Assembly: GCA_043228905.1 (NCBI GenBank)
Contig: JBHGNT010000004.1
Location: 6,262,001 to 6,326,000, forward strand
DNA: 64,000 bases
Direction of reading: 5' to 3'
Source of the DNA: Azolla caroliniana
Taxonomy: Eukaryota; Plantae; Polypodiophyta
This document shows, in pieces, positions 12,647 to 24,800 of the stretch (its first letter is position 1; every line of letters starts with the position of its first letter). The notes under the pieces were generated by a model. It ran no database searches, was not told where the DNA came from, and was given only the letters and a program-made list of their open reading frames with translations. The position numbers and the translations under genes were made by a program.

Positions 12647-15214
12647 TCAGCCCTTATGCGGCCACATCGCACGTCTCGCAATCCGCTCCGCTCTGCGTAC
12701 CCTTTCGAAAAGGTACGTTGCTTCCCCGACATCCGTGTCGGTGCTCTCATCTTCGGTGTCCTCCACAACCTCCGATGTTGCCGCTTCGCCCCGAGGTACA
12801 CCCTCTTGGTCCGCCTGGCCCCACACGTCCTTCGGGACGCCGCTTTGTCTCTCCCCGATGCATAAATCTTTGCTCTCCGCGCACCATCCTCCGCTTTCGT
12901 CGTTCATCCGCCGATCTCGGAAACTCACCGCTCCGTCTCTTGCAGCGTGCTTGCCTCTCAAAGGCTCGACCGGTCCGCCGTTGCCGGTCACTTGTTGCCG
13001 CTCTTCCGGCTGCATGCTTGCTTCTTGGCCCTTCGCCGGCCGTAGTGCATGCTCCGTTTTATGCCGTAATGCATGCTTCGTGTTACACGCTTCTTCCGCC
13101 GTAGTCCCGACCTCTGCGTCGGCCTCTTCTTCCTTTCTCGTCAGAGACCCTTCCGTCTCCGTTTGGCCCTCTTGGCTGTGCTCATCCGTCTTCACGCACC
13201 GGGTACCCGTTCCGGTAGCCTTGTCCGTTCCGGTCTCTGACTCCTCGCCGCCACCTGCCGTCTCTCCGGTCTTATGTTGATCCGCAACCGCCAAAGTCTC
13301 TAGAATAGGTGGGGAGGGTCCCACTCGTTTTCGGTCTTCCACGGAACCGTAGTCATCATGCCTGCTTGGCCTCCCTCTCGCGCTCACCGGCTCCCACCGG
13401 GTGTTGTGGCTCGTTCGCCCCGACCTCCAATCATGCTGACTTAGCCTTCGCCCGGATCGGTCTCGGCTGATCGAGTTCCGGTTTGGTCGGCTCCCTTCCG
13501 TAATCATAACCGGCCGGTACATGTTTGTCTGAACAAATCCGGCCTTGCCGGCTCTTCTTCGGTTCGGGCCTGGTTGACCGGACCCTGCTCCAATCTTCTT
13601 CCGCGTCGTCTTCCGGTCGTGTCGGATTATCGACCGGTTCATCTTCTGGTCGGGTCTGTTCTCGACTCTCTCCTCTTTGTCGCTCCCGACCTCTCCGTCG
13701 GTCCTCTTGTGTATGCCTGTTCCGAGACTCGCATCCTCATCTTCGTGCATGTTCGCTCCAGGCCACGCCTCCTCATGGCCACCGCCCTTCTCTCCGGTCT
13801 TATGTTGGCATTTGAGCGCAACTGCCGTGGTCTCCGGTCTCGGTGTCGAGGGGTCTTTCCTCCGTCCGCTATGACCTTCCTCGTCGTCGTTTCGGTCGCC
13901 CGCTTTGCCGTCGCCACCTTCCGTCTCTCTGGTCTCACGTGGGCTCTCGGGGCCGACCGCCGAAGTCTCTAGAATAGGCGTGGGAAAAGTCTCGGTACCA
14001 TCACTCGCCAATGTCATGTTTGTAGCCACCTTCGTTCGGACGCCGTGGTCCGTGGCTATCTCGTCCCCGGTTAAGCAAGCCTCGGTTATGCTTGCGACCT
14101 CCTTGTCCTCATCGTCGTCTCGGTTGCCCACCTTGCCGCCGCCACTGCCCGTCGTTCTAGGACTCATGCCGGCACTCGGGCCGGCCGCTGGAGCCTCTAG
14201 GACCGGTGTGGGTAAGGACCCGGCACCACCGCTCGTTGTGTCTGTAGTTGCCTCCGTCCGGACGTCATTGTCCGCGACTACCCCGCCTTCGATCATGCAA
14301 GCCTCGGTTACGCTTGGCACCATCTCTTCCATGTCTTCGTCTCGGTTGCCCGCCTTGCCGCCGCCGCCACCCGTCACTCTAGGTCTCACGCCGGCACTCG
14401 GGCCGACCGTCGGAGCCTCTAGGACCGGTGTGTGTAAGGTCGTGGCACCTCCGCTTGTCTCTTCCCCACTTGATGTTTTGGGCCGCCATGTCCCGAATCC
14501 GTAGTTACCGGCCTCCATGGCCGTCCCTTCACCGCAAGGCAAGAGGGTCGATTGCTCCGCACCCTCTCCCATGTTGCCGTCGTACGCTCTTCCGGCCTCT
14601 GTATAGGCCCCATCATCCACACATAGGGAGGCTTCTTCCTCCACATCCTCGGATCGTCTCCGACCCGAATCCATAATAAACCCTCCTTCGGCTTTGATTT
14701 TCGCTTTCACAAGCTCGCATGCCTCTCGTACCAAGGCTTCGATGTCGAGCTCCACTGAACCGTTCCACGGGGAGCTTTCCTCCGTCGGCAGTGATGCGTA
14801 GTTACTCACCATCCTCCTTTCACCGCCGCTTGCGGGCCGTGTTGCGGACGATCGCATCTCCTCGTGTCGTCGACATATCCTCTCTACCTCATTCCAATCC
14901 TCGGTGAGGCTGTATGCCCCTTCATCATCTTCGAGTTCGGGTAAAATGGCCATTTTCCCCTTTTCATCGACCGACTTTAAAAATAGTAGGACCTTGTCCG
15001 CCCCCACCGATCTTTGATCCCAGTCTGAGAGTTCAGCAAAACGATGCTCGAACTCTCGGAATGCTTTCATTGCGCTCTAAGGAGCCTTTGCCGATGCTAC
15101 CCATAGACCGAACTCGCGTCGATCATACTCGCATGCCTCGTCCCGTCTTTCTCTTTGCCTTGCAAAATCCTTCACCATCCTCACCATTGCTTCCATGATG
15201 TCTTCCTCTTCCAT
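12647..15214 (-). CDS. Gag-derived protein of A: capsid-like N-terminus plus long low-complexity repeat tail (807 aa open from 15070; upstream ATG at 15214 is separated by one in-frame TAG)
   Basis: REFEHRFAELS...DKVLLFLKSVD...LTEDW aligns with F gag REFEENFARLS...SRVLLFVKSVD...LTADW; ~75-aa repeats containing PTPxLE. Confidence 0.75.
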
Positions 15215-15236
15215 CCTCTTTCTCCCTTGCTGCCTA

Positions 15237-15254
15237 TTCACGTCGGGTTCACCA
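15237..15254 (-). promoter_or_regulatory. Primer-binding site complementary to the 3' end of tRNA-Trp (element A)
   Basis: TGGTGAACCCGACGTGAA is the complement of the plant cytosolic tRNA-Trp 3' end (TTCACGTCGGGTTCACCA, recalled sequence). Confidence 0.85.
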
Positions 15255-16258
15255 AAGATGTCGCGTTGCTACGCGCGCGTGTGTAGAATAAGGCGGCACC
15301 ACGGGGGTCTCGGACGAGGGAGTAGAGGAGAAGGAATAAGACACAAAATTGAAGTTTAGCTCAAGAGGAGAAGAGAAAGAATAGCACAATAACATAGAAT
15401 AGACGGAGGCAAGATACTCAACAAGTTAGTTTAAGAAAACATAAACGCTTTACAATGGTGGCCGCGATGGCCGCACCAAAACGACTATGAGAAAAACCCT
15501 AGAAGAATAAGCAAGTAGCGAAGTATAGTAAAACCCTAAAGGAAACCCAAGAAGAAAACCCTAACCGAAACCCTAAAACCGAATAGGAAACCCTCGACCT
15601 AAGTGCTATCCCTCTCTCCCTCAAAATAGGCAACCCTTCATAAGTGACCCCTCCCTTCCTTTTATAGCCCAAGGAGGGAGAAACCTTACAATGTGGGACA
15701 AAATTTCCCCTCTTATTTCTATACACCTTTTCCTAGTACACGTGTGCACATGTTGCACACCACCGACTTGCCCTTTCCACCCCGGTTTCTGCCTATGGAC
15801 GAAAATCTTCATGACACCGGAGTGAATGTGATCAGCAGAAGAACGTGTGATAAACTAAAGTTCCAAGAATGGGAATTGTGGCCATTCTAGTCATGAATGA
15901 CGGACACGAGCTCAATCCGACCGACTGGACTCATTCAGAATTTGGGGATCACCATCAGAGTATGTCATGATATTGGCAAGCCTTGAACCCATGACCTTAT
16001 GTTATTTGGGTCAAGCTCTTGACCATTATACCATCTATCGTAATACGTAAAATATTATTTTCATTTATGTTTTATTATAGGAAATTAATGTATATTCCAG
16101 ATTTCTCTGGAACATTCTAGAAGCTTTAAGACTCCTCCTGAGAACACTATAAAAGGAGGCACAAGGCATTATGTTTAACCAAATTAGTTCAACGCTAGTC
16201 TTAAGCCTCATAGAGATTTTGTACTTACTCTTCATATAATATATCATCTGTTATCATC

Positions 16259-16263
<5 letters not shown>

Positions 16264-16309
<46 letters not shown>

Positions 16310-16323
16310 CTGTCTCTCTCTCT
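16264..16323. repeat. (CT)n microsatellite in the N LTR (shorter copy at ~22212-22236)
   Basis: Direct observation. Confidence 0.9.
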
Positions 16324-16485
16324 CGGGAGTCTTACGTAGTCCCGTGCTCTTAGTACTAATAGTACTTCCCTTCTCCAGTACTAATTCTCTCTCTACTTTA
16401 GTACTATTCCTGACAGTTTGAACCAATTTGCCCTCTAGTCTTCTTTTCGGTTTCCCTCATCCGCTTACCCCTTTTTTCCAATACT

Positions 16486-19400
16486 ATGGCTACTGTTAGT
16501 GCCCAAGAATATCAATCCATTTTCTCCGAGCTATAGGGTCTAAAAGAAAAAATTGTTGCCTTGGAACAAGAAAACCAACGATTGTTAGGGGATCTCAACA
16601 AATCGTTCTAGAAAAACAGCAAACGTAGCAACAACATGGGGAGTTTCAACAACAACATGGGGAGTTAGCATTACTTGTACAACAACTTGAAGCAACCATT
16701 GTAGCATTGCAACAAGAAGGATCAAGTCCCCAAGGATTTCATAAAGAGCCCAAAATTGGACTTCCTATGAAATTCGATGGAACATGATCACAATTCAGGG
16801 GATTTCTTAATCAGGTACGCTTAGTCATTCAAATGCATCCTTCCCGATACCCCACTGATGCATCCCGAATCGGCCTAATAGGCATGTTGCTTAGCGGCTC
16901 AACCTTGGCATGGTTCCCTCCACTTCTAGAAAAACAATTGCCCTTGCTTAATAACTTTGAAGACTTTATTAGCGAGTTTCAAGCCTACTTTGGAGATACC
17001 GACAACATCAAGATGGTGATCAACAAAATCTGATGATTGCATCAAGGTGATCATCTAGCCTCTGCCTACGTGGCGGATTTCTGTCTACTCGCCTTAGATA
17101 TCCCCTGGGATGATCAAGCATTAATGGAGCAGTTTCGCTACGGCCTGTGAAACCATGTCAAAGATTTACTCTTAACCTTCCCCGAAGAACCAAAGTCTCT
17201 TACAGAGGCAATAAGTTGAGCGGTCCAATGCGACAACCGCCTTTTCGAATGATGTTCTGAACGTCAATTACAAATACCACGCCCTAGGCTGGAGCCCACA
17301 TACGCCTCAGTCGCGGCTATACCATTTGCACGAGACGTATCTCAAGCAAATACTCTGACACCGATGGAGATCGACACCATGCATCGACGTGGCCCGTTAT
17401 CGGAAGAAGAAAAGCAACGATGATGTGCAAATCGATTATGTCTTTATTGTGGTGGACGAGGGCATATCGCAATCAACTGTCCCCATAGGCCAAGAAGACA
17501 GGTAAATCAAATTGTAGCTTGTACTAAACCCGAATCAATTCTTCCCTTAGGAGTGTCTGATAGTATTAATATTATTAATAGCCCATGTATGTCAAACAAA
17601 TTTGAAATCCTTAGTCAATTAGAAGAAGAGTTAAATGACTGAGTCCAACCAAAATAGGAGCCGTTTGGTTGGACATCCCTAGATCTGTACAACCCATTAG
17701 TGGTTCCATTCCCTCCAAGCAAGTTAGCAATGTGTTATTAGCCCAAGTCATGATTAGTACTAAATGTACCCCTCGAGTACATGTCTTAGCACTTTTAGAT
17801 TCTGGAGCCAATTCCTATTTAATGGATCGGAATTTTGCCCAAGCTTCTCAGATATCCTTAAGAAAACTTCCTTGCCCCGCATCTGTAGTAGTCATTGATG
17901 GTCGTCCCATTGCTTCCGGTGTCGCGTTGTTACGCGCGTGCGTATAGAACGAGGCAGGACCACAGGGGTCTTGGACCGAGGAATAACCGAACAGGAGTAG
18001 GAGCAAGAAAGACAACGGCCGTGCTTCCACACACACACACACGCGGATACACATAAACCGCAACCGAATGAAACAACGGAAACGAGACGAATGCGTATAT
18101 GTATGTATATATTCTGATGAAAAAGGGTTACAACTGGCAGACTGGTGAGCAACAAAACTCCTACGCCTACACACACGCACACAGAATAGCGAGATGGAGA
18201 CTCTGCCGGAAGCACTCGGGCGTTCCGCGGAGCAGAGTCAGCCTCCCAAAAACCTGCATAGAGCAAATACAAAGGAAGACGGAGGAGAAGAGCTCAGTCC
18301 CAGTCCGACAACACTTCGTCCCCGACAAAAGCGATCCCTTTTACGATTCCTCTCCCTCTCTTTTATAGACCAAGGAGGGAGGCTATTACAACTTGTTTCA
18401 TCCTCTTTATTCTCTGTCCTTTCAGACAAAGATATGCCTCGATTTCCTACCTATCAAATCCGTGCGACCTAGGATATTCACATCAGCTGACTTGTACCTA
18501 AATATGTACATTACAACAAAACTTGTGCCCGCGTGTAAGGTCCGGTTCGCGCACATCATTCTCCAATTCCGCGGACGGTTTTCTCCATGACACCGGGAAT
18601 ATTGTAGAAGAGTCAGAACCCATTCAGGTTGTCCTAGGTAGTTTTGTGCGTGTGCTATCATTTAATATAATTAGTAGTCCAGAGCATCCCATTGTCCTGG
18701 GATTACCTTGGTTTGAATTACATAATCCAGACATAGATTGGAGAACAAGAGAAGTCCGATATCGACAACCCCAAGAATCTACTCATCGAGTTTCGACCAT
18801 TTCACACCATCAATTACACGAAGAAGGACACAAGGAGGCAATGTTTCTATTTGCAATATCAGTACATCCTTCTAGCAATATTAAGAAGAAATCCTTAGTG
18901 CAACTTCCGGCGAAATATCATCCTTATGTCGATGTATTTGACAAGGTAAAAGCCGGTACTCTTCCTCCTCATCGTCCCTATGATTGTCCCTACGATTTAC
19001 AACCAGGAACAGAGCCACCATGGGGACCAATTTACAACTTGTCACCAACCGAGTTAGAAGTCCTTCGAGCCTACATAGAGGAGAACTTGGCGAGCGGGTT
19101 TATTCGTCATTCGAAATCTCCGGCCGGTGCACCCATCTTCTTTGTTAAGAAGAAAGATGGATCACTTCGTCTCGTCGTTGTTTACTGAGGCTTGAATAAG
19201 GTCACCATTAGGAATAGGTATGCACTTCCTCTTATATCAAGTCTTTTAGAGCAAGTAAATGGTGCCAAGTTTTTTACGAAAGTCGATCTACGAGGAGCGT
19301 ATAACCTCATGCGGATCCGACCAGGAGACGAATGGAAGACCGCCTTTTGCATGCGGTATGGGCATTTCCAGTATACTGTTATGCCGTTCGGTGTAACCAA

Positions 19401-21868
19401 TGCGCTTGCAGACTTCCAACACATGGAAAATGATATATTCAGAGACCTCTTGGATATCTGGATGATCTATTGAATTATTCAAAGACCCACGAAGAGCATG
19501 ATTCTCATGTACTATTAGTACTAAAACGATTCTGAGAGAATGGTCTTTATGCCAAACTAGAAAAATGTAGCTTTGACTGCAAGCAAGTGGAATTTCTAGG
19601 CTACGTCATCTCCTCAAAGGGCATCTCCATGGATCCAGCTAAAGTCAAAACTATGCTAGAGTGGCACACTCCACGTTCATTATGAGATGTACAATGTTTC
19701 CTAGGTTTTGCTAACTTCTACCGCAAGTTTATACAAGATTACTCGAAGATTATTTTACCTCTCACACAACTTACAAAGAAGGGACATGCATTTCTTTGGT
19801 CCAATGAAGCGGATATGGCTTTTAGGCATCTTAAGAAAGCCTTTACATCAGCTCCTATTCTAGCTCATGTGGATACAAACAAACCATTCATCATGGAGGC
19901 TGACACATTGGATTTCGCCCTCGGTAGCATCCTTTTCTCAACAAGGAGATAAAGAAGAGTTACATCCTGTGGCTTTCCATTCGCGCAAATTTGATGCCGC
20001 GGAAATAAACTACGAGATACATGACAAGGAGTTATTAGCCATCGTTGATTCATTTGTGCAATGGCGGCACTTCTTAGAGGGCTCTCCACATTAGGTCATT
20101 GTCTTCAGTGATCACAAAAGTCTTGCTTATTTCCAGAATGCTCGTGTACTAAATCGACGACAAGCTCAGTGGGCCCAATTCCTCACACGTTTTGACTTCA
20201 AAATCACATATCAACCGGGGAAGCCGCTAGGAAAAGCAGATGCACTATCACGACGTTCATATCTTGCACCTCATCTTGGTGATCCAACGTTGGATAATCA
20301 AAAGCAGGTAATCTTGGGACCAACACGTTTGCACACGACACGGATTTTTCACACTCCACTAGATTCCCGGATTATCGATGCCATACATGCTAACTTGAAG
20401 ATTGACAATTTTGCTCAAGCCATTGTAGCGCACATTGATACCTCTCAGGCATCCTATTCCCAGTCTCAACAACCAGGTATGGATTACCGACAATTCGAAT
20501 ATCATGATGGTTTATTGTTCTTTAAAAAGCTCCTATATATTCTAATTGCTCCTGTCACCTTCAAATCGTCTGAAATTGTCACGATACCCATACAGTGGGA
20601 CATTTCGGTAGTATGAAGACGTTGGATCTAGTTAAACAATCTTTTTGGTGGCCCCATATGCGACGTTTTGTCGACGACTACGTTCGGACCTGTGATGCTT
20701 GCTGCCGAGCAAAGATGACATGACATCATCCATATGGCTTGTTGGAACCCTTACCGATTCCAGGTAAGCTGTGGTAGTCTATTTGTCTTGATTTTATCAT
20801 AGATTTTCCAGTCTCAAAGGGTATCGATGCTATCTTAACCGTCGTTGATCGATATACTAAGATGGCACATTTTGTGCCGTGTACTAAGGCCATCACTAGT
20901 GAGGAAACCGCCGCCCTCGTCATGCGTGAGGTATTTCGGCATCATGGCCTCCCAAACAGTATCATTAGTGACCGAGGACCTCAATTCGTCTCCAAATTTT
21001 GGAAGCATCTCTTCAAGATGCTCAAGGTCTCTTGTAACCTCTCCTCTGACTACCATCCCCAGACCAATGGGCAGGCGGAATGAACAAATCAAACGCTGGA
21101 ACAATACCTTCGGTGTTTTCTGAGTTATGAGCAGGACGATTGGGCTGATATTCTCCACTTTGCGGAGTTTGCCTATAATAACGATATTCACTCCTCGACT
21201 TTGGTCTCCCCATTTTACGCTTATATTGGTTCTCATCCTCGCTGGTTTGTAATCGACACCCCAGAGCTACCTACCAATCCTCGTGCCGAGGGTCATTTGG
21301 AGAGGCTACGCAAGATCCAGATGGATCTCTGTACTCATCTTCTTCATGCTCAACACACAGAGAAGACTTATGTGGATCGTCATCGGCTTCTGTCCTCTTT
21401 TGCCATCGGAGATCGAGTATGGCTTTTACGTCGTCACATCAAGATTACTCGACCGTGCAACAAGTTGGATTATCAACGACAACTCGGTCCTTTCCGTATT
21501 ACCGGTAAGGTTAATGATGTCACATTCTGCCTTGATCTCCTCCACATCTTCAAATACATCCGGTCTTCCATAGTTCTCTTGTTGAACCTTATAAAGCAAA
21601 CACTATTCCCAATCGTGTTACACCACCGCCGCCCTCGCTTGAGTTAGACGCCAACCCGCAGTATGAAGTTGTTGCCCTCCTCGACTCCAAATTTGTTCGC
21701 AACAAACTTTATTATTTGGTCAATTGTCTTGGCTATAGTCCGAGCCAACGTACTTGGGAACCCATCGAGCATGTCGCCAATGCTTAGGATCTTCTTGCTG
21801 ATTTCCACCAATAGTATGCGGACAAACCCAGTCCTCAATCAGCGCCAACTCGTTACACTCGTCGTCTT
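16486..21868 (+). pseudogene. gag-pol of N with chromodomain; multiple stops and frameshifts; split by solo LTR S1
   Basis: KEPKIGLPMKFDG; LCLYCGGRGHIAINCP; ALLDSGANS; SPAGAPIFFVKKKDGSLRL; [12 protein letters not shown]; [24 protein letters not shown]; ISDRGPQF; YEVVALLDSK..YYLVNCLGY..TWEP. Confidence 0.9.
17920..18592 (-). mobile_element. S1: solo LTR of the Trp-primed family (673 bp) inside N's protease region
   Basis: TGTCGCG...CATGACA termini; TSD CCGG (17916-19, 18593-96); host frame DGRPIASG|NIVEESEP rejoins. Confidence 0.92.
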
Positions 21869-24800
21869 AAGAGGGGTATAATGTCATGATATGGCAAGAC
21901 TCGAACCCATGAACTTATGTTATATGGGTCGAGCTCTTGAGCATTATACCATCTATGGTAATACGTAGGATATTATTTTCATTTAAGTTTTATTATAGGA
22001 AATTAATGTATATTCCAGATTTCTCTAGAACATTCTAGAAGCTTCAGGACTCCTCCTGAGAACACTATAAAAGGAGGCACAAGGCATTATGTTGAACCAA
22101 ATTGGTTCAACACCAGTCTTAAGCCTCATAGCCATTTTGTACTTACTCTTCATATAATATATCATATGTTATCATCATCTCTGTCTCTGTCTCTAGACTT
22201 GTCCTCGTTATCTCTCTCTCTCTCTCTCTCTCTCTCGGGAGTCTTACGTAGTCCCGTCCTCTTTGTACTAATAGTACTTCCCTTCTCCAGTACTAATTCT
22301 CTCTCTGTTTTAGTACTATTCCTGATAGAGTGTGAGGAATTGGCGCGTAATATTGCTCGGCCACAACTGAGTCTTGAACACTTCGATGAGAATGGACAAC
22401 ACGGAAATGAGAACTAAAGAGTGAACACAAGATGTTTACGTGGAAAACCCTAATAGGGAAAAACCACGAGAGTCCACAGAATCCGGACTATCACTATGAA
22501 GAGAATGGGTACAATCAGAGACTTGTAGGCAACGACCTCGAGCTCGGTTTCTTCGCCAACCGGCGGTTACAACAGAGTATCGCTTTGTATCTCTCTCTCC
22601 CTATCTGTCGCTCTCTTCTGTACAACAGTTACAACAACTATACTTCACACACATACAAAGTGATTTCCCTAAGTCATATTTATACTTATATGAAATTAGG
22701 GTTATTTACAAATATAGCCTCAATAGGCTTACTCAAAAAACATATCTGTAATAGATATGTCTTCTCTTCCAGTTCTTACCAGGTTCTCTTTATTCATCAC
22801 CAGATCCCATCCGGAGAGACTGATTTCCCAACAATCTCCCCTTCACTCCGGCATGGGATATCTTGTCAACCCGATCCGCTTTCGACACGCATCTAGCTTG
22901 TCGGTTGTCAGGACCTTGGTCAGCATGTCCGACCCGTTGTCGCGTAGATTCGCGCGTGCGTGTGCTACTCGAGCGACCTCCGGGGTCTTGGACTGGGGAG
23001 GACGTTTGCGGAATTATCGAAGAGATGACGATGAATGTAAGATTGGATGAAATTTGTTCACTTGAGAAGAAGAAAGATTGTACACTTGAGAAGTAGAAAA
23101 ATATGAAGAAGATAAAGACGAATATAATTATATTGATGATAGTGGTGTTGGTGATATCACATATTGAGCCCCCCCTTACACAAGCCTTACTAGAGGCTTT
23201 TATAGGTCTCTCCATGCTTGTGACATGCACAAAACCATGGGCTAAAACCATGGTTTTCTGCACACGGTTTTGCTTATGACATGCACAAGACCATGGGCTA
23301 AAAACCATGGTTTTGTGTACATGGTTTTGACTGTTTTCTACTGTTGAGAATCAAGCTCAACTAGGTCTAGTGTGTGAACTCACCTTGAGAGTGAAGAGAC
23401 ACTCCAATGGTCAAGAGTCACCATTATGTCACCACTTTGTATTCTAGCATTTAGTATGAGTCATAGAATCATATTCTATGACACATAACTTATGAGCTTT
23501 CACATTCCCCATGCTCCATGAGTCTTGTAGGTAATGACGAGAGAGGGTGACTATATAAAGCACCCTCCTCCCACCTTGTATATGTTGAGTCTTTCTCCTT
23601 TGTCAATATACTTTTACCTTGCGTATTCTTTGTGTTTCACTCACTCTCTCTCTCACTCTCTCTCTTACACACACACATAACTCACATCTCTTCCACTTCA
23701 CAAGAATCCATCTCTTGATTCTTTACATGGTATCAGAGCGATTTGGTAGCTCGATCTAGCCCATTCGCCTCATTGTGATTGTGTGTTGTGCTCTACGCCG
23801 ACGACCAAGAACCAGCTCATAGCTATCGTAGCTTCGCTACATAGCTCGCATTCGAAGAGAGAAGAAGAAGAAGAAGAATCAACATAATGAATACTCAAAT
23901 GGGGAGCGCTCTCCCTACCGAGAAGTTGGATCGAAACAACTTCGCATCTTGGGAGTACAAGATGCACCAATACCTTGTCGGACAAGGCCATTGGAGCTAC
24001 ATCAAAGGAGCGCATGAAGACCGAACCACCGAAGCGGCTCCCGGATATGCAACATGGGAGCAAGCCGCAAGCCGCGTGATGTATTGTTTGGTGACATGTG
24101 TTCACGACCACATGCTCGGTTACATTCGAGAAGCCAAGACGCTGAAGGAAGCGTGGGAAAATCTACGAAAGATTTTCGCCACCAACACGACCGCGAGGAA
24201 GCTTCAACTCCGCCAAGAGTTGAACAACATTCAACAAAGGGACATGTCCATCACGACATACACCTTGAAGATCAAGGAGCTTTGTGACTCGCATCGCTCA
24301 ATAAGCATAAGTATAGATGATGATGAGATGGTGCAAACATGCCTCGGCGGCCTCGCACCACGGTTCGGCGCGATGCGAACGACCGTTCTAGCACGGGAGA
24401 AATCTCCCTCCTTCTTCGAGCTCCAATCAATGCTATTGGTCGAAGAAAACCACGTGCGTACAAGGAGCAATGAGTCGGAAGGCCACATGCTCTACACACA
24501 CTCTAATGGAGAAAGAGGACGCGGACGAGCGAGAGGCCGATTCAGCCAAGGACAAGGCGGACGAGGTCCGACCTACAACAACAACTCCCAATTTCGGCCG
24601 CAAAACGGAGGACAACGAGGAACCTTCGCAAGAAGGGGGAGCTTCCACTCCAGCCCGAGCCATCAAAGCGCAACGGAATGCGGATATTGCGGAAAGCTCG
24701 ACCACCATGAAGAAGAGTGCCGAAAGAAGATGTGTGAATCGGCTTCCACAAGCCGACAACTCACGAATTACGCACACAACTCCGACTACGAAGATCATGG

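Larger units (their letters stand above)
11622..15816 (-). mobile_element. Element A: non-autonomous (gag-only) Trp-primed LTR retrotransposon; LTRs 11622-12179 and 15259-15816 (558 bp)
   Basis: Paired LTRs; 4-bp TSD CCGG (11618-21, 15817-20) splitting O's GGSG-VNVI codons; tRNA-Trp PBS at 15237-15254; PPT at ~12180-12197; no pol. Confidence 0.93.
9030..15960 (+). mobile_element. Element O: degenerate non-chromovirus Ty3/Gypsy related to K. 5' LTR 9030-9506, decayed gag-protease, interrupted by A and then by E; remainder lies outside the window
   Basis: LTR TGTTG...TAACA followed by the same cagttt spacer as K. Gag remnants have zinc knuckles (CTTCLNPDHSTLEC, CYYCLQEGHYNNQC). LLQLVPCFTEGLK and GGSG|VNVI match K's LLQLVPRFTEGLK and DGGSGVNVI. 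Many stop codons. Confidence 0.8.
15963..22327 (+). mobile_element. Element N: chromovirus Ty3/Gypsy (Tf1/sushi/Tcn1-like), decayed; LTRs 15963-16415 and 21882-22327
   Basis: TGTCA...TGACA/TGATA LTRs; TSD GAGTA/GAGTG; PPT aagaggggtataa; gag, PR, RT, RH and INT remnants plus a C-terminal chromodomain. Confidence 0.92.

Noticed and set aside
12276-14504. Long plus-strand ORFs (334, 269, 199 aa) opposite A's ORF
   Set aside because: Antisense shadows of GC-rich coding sequence; no recognisable motifs
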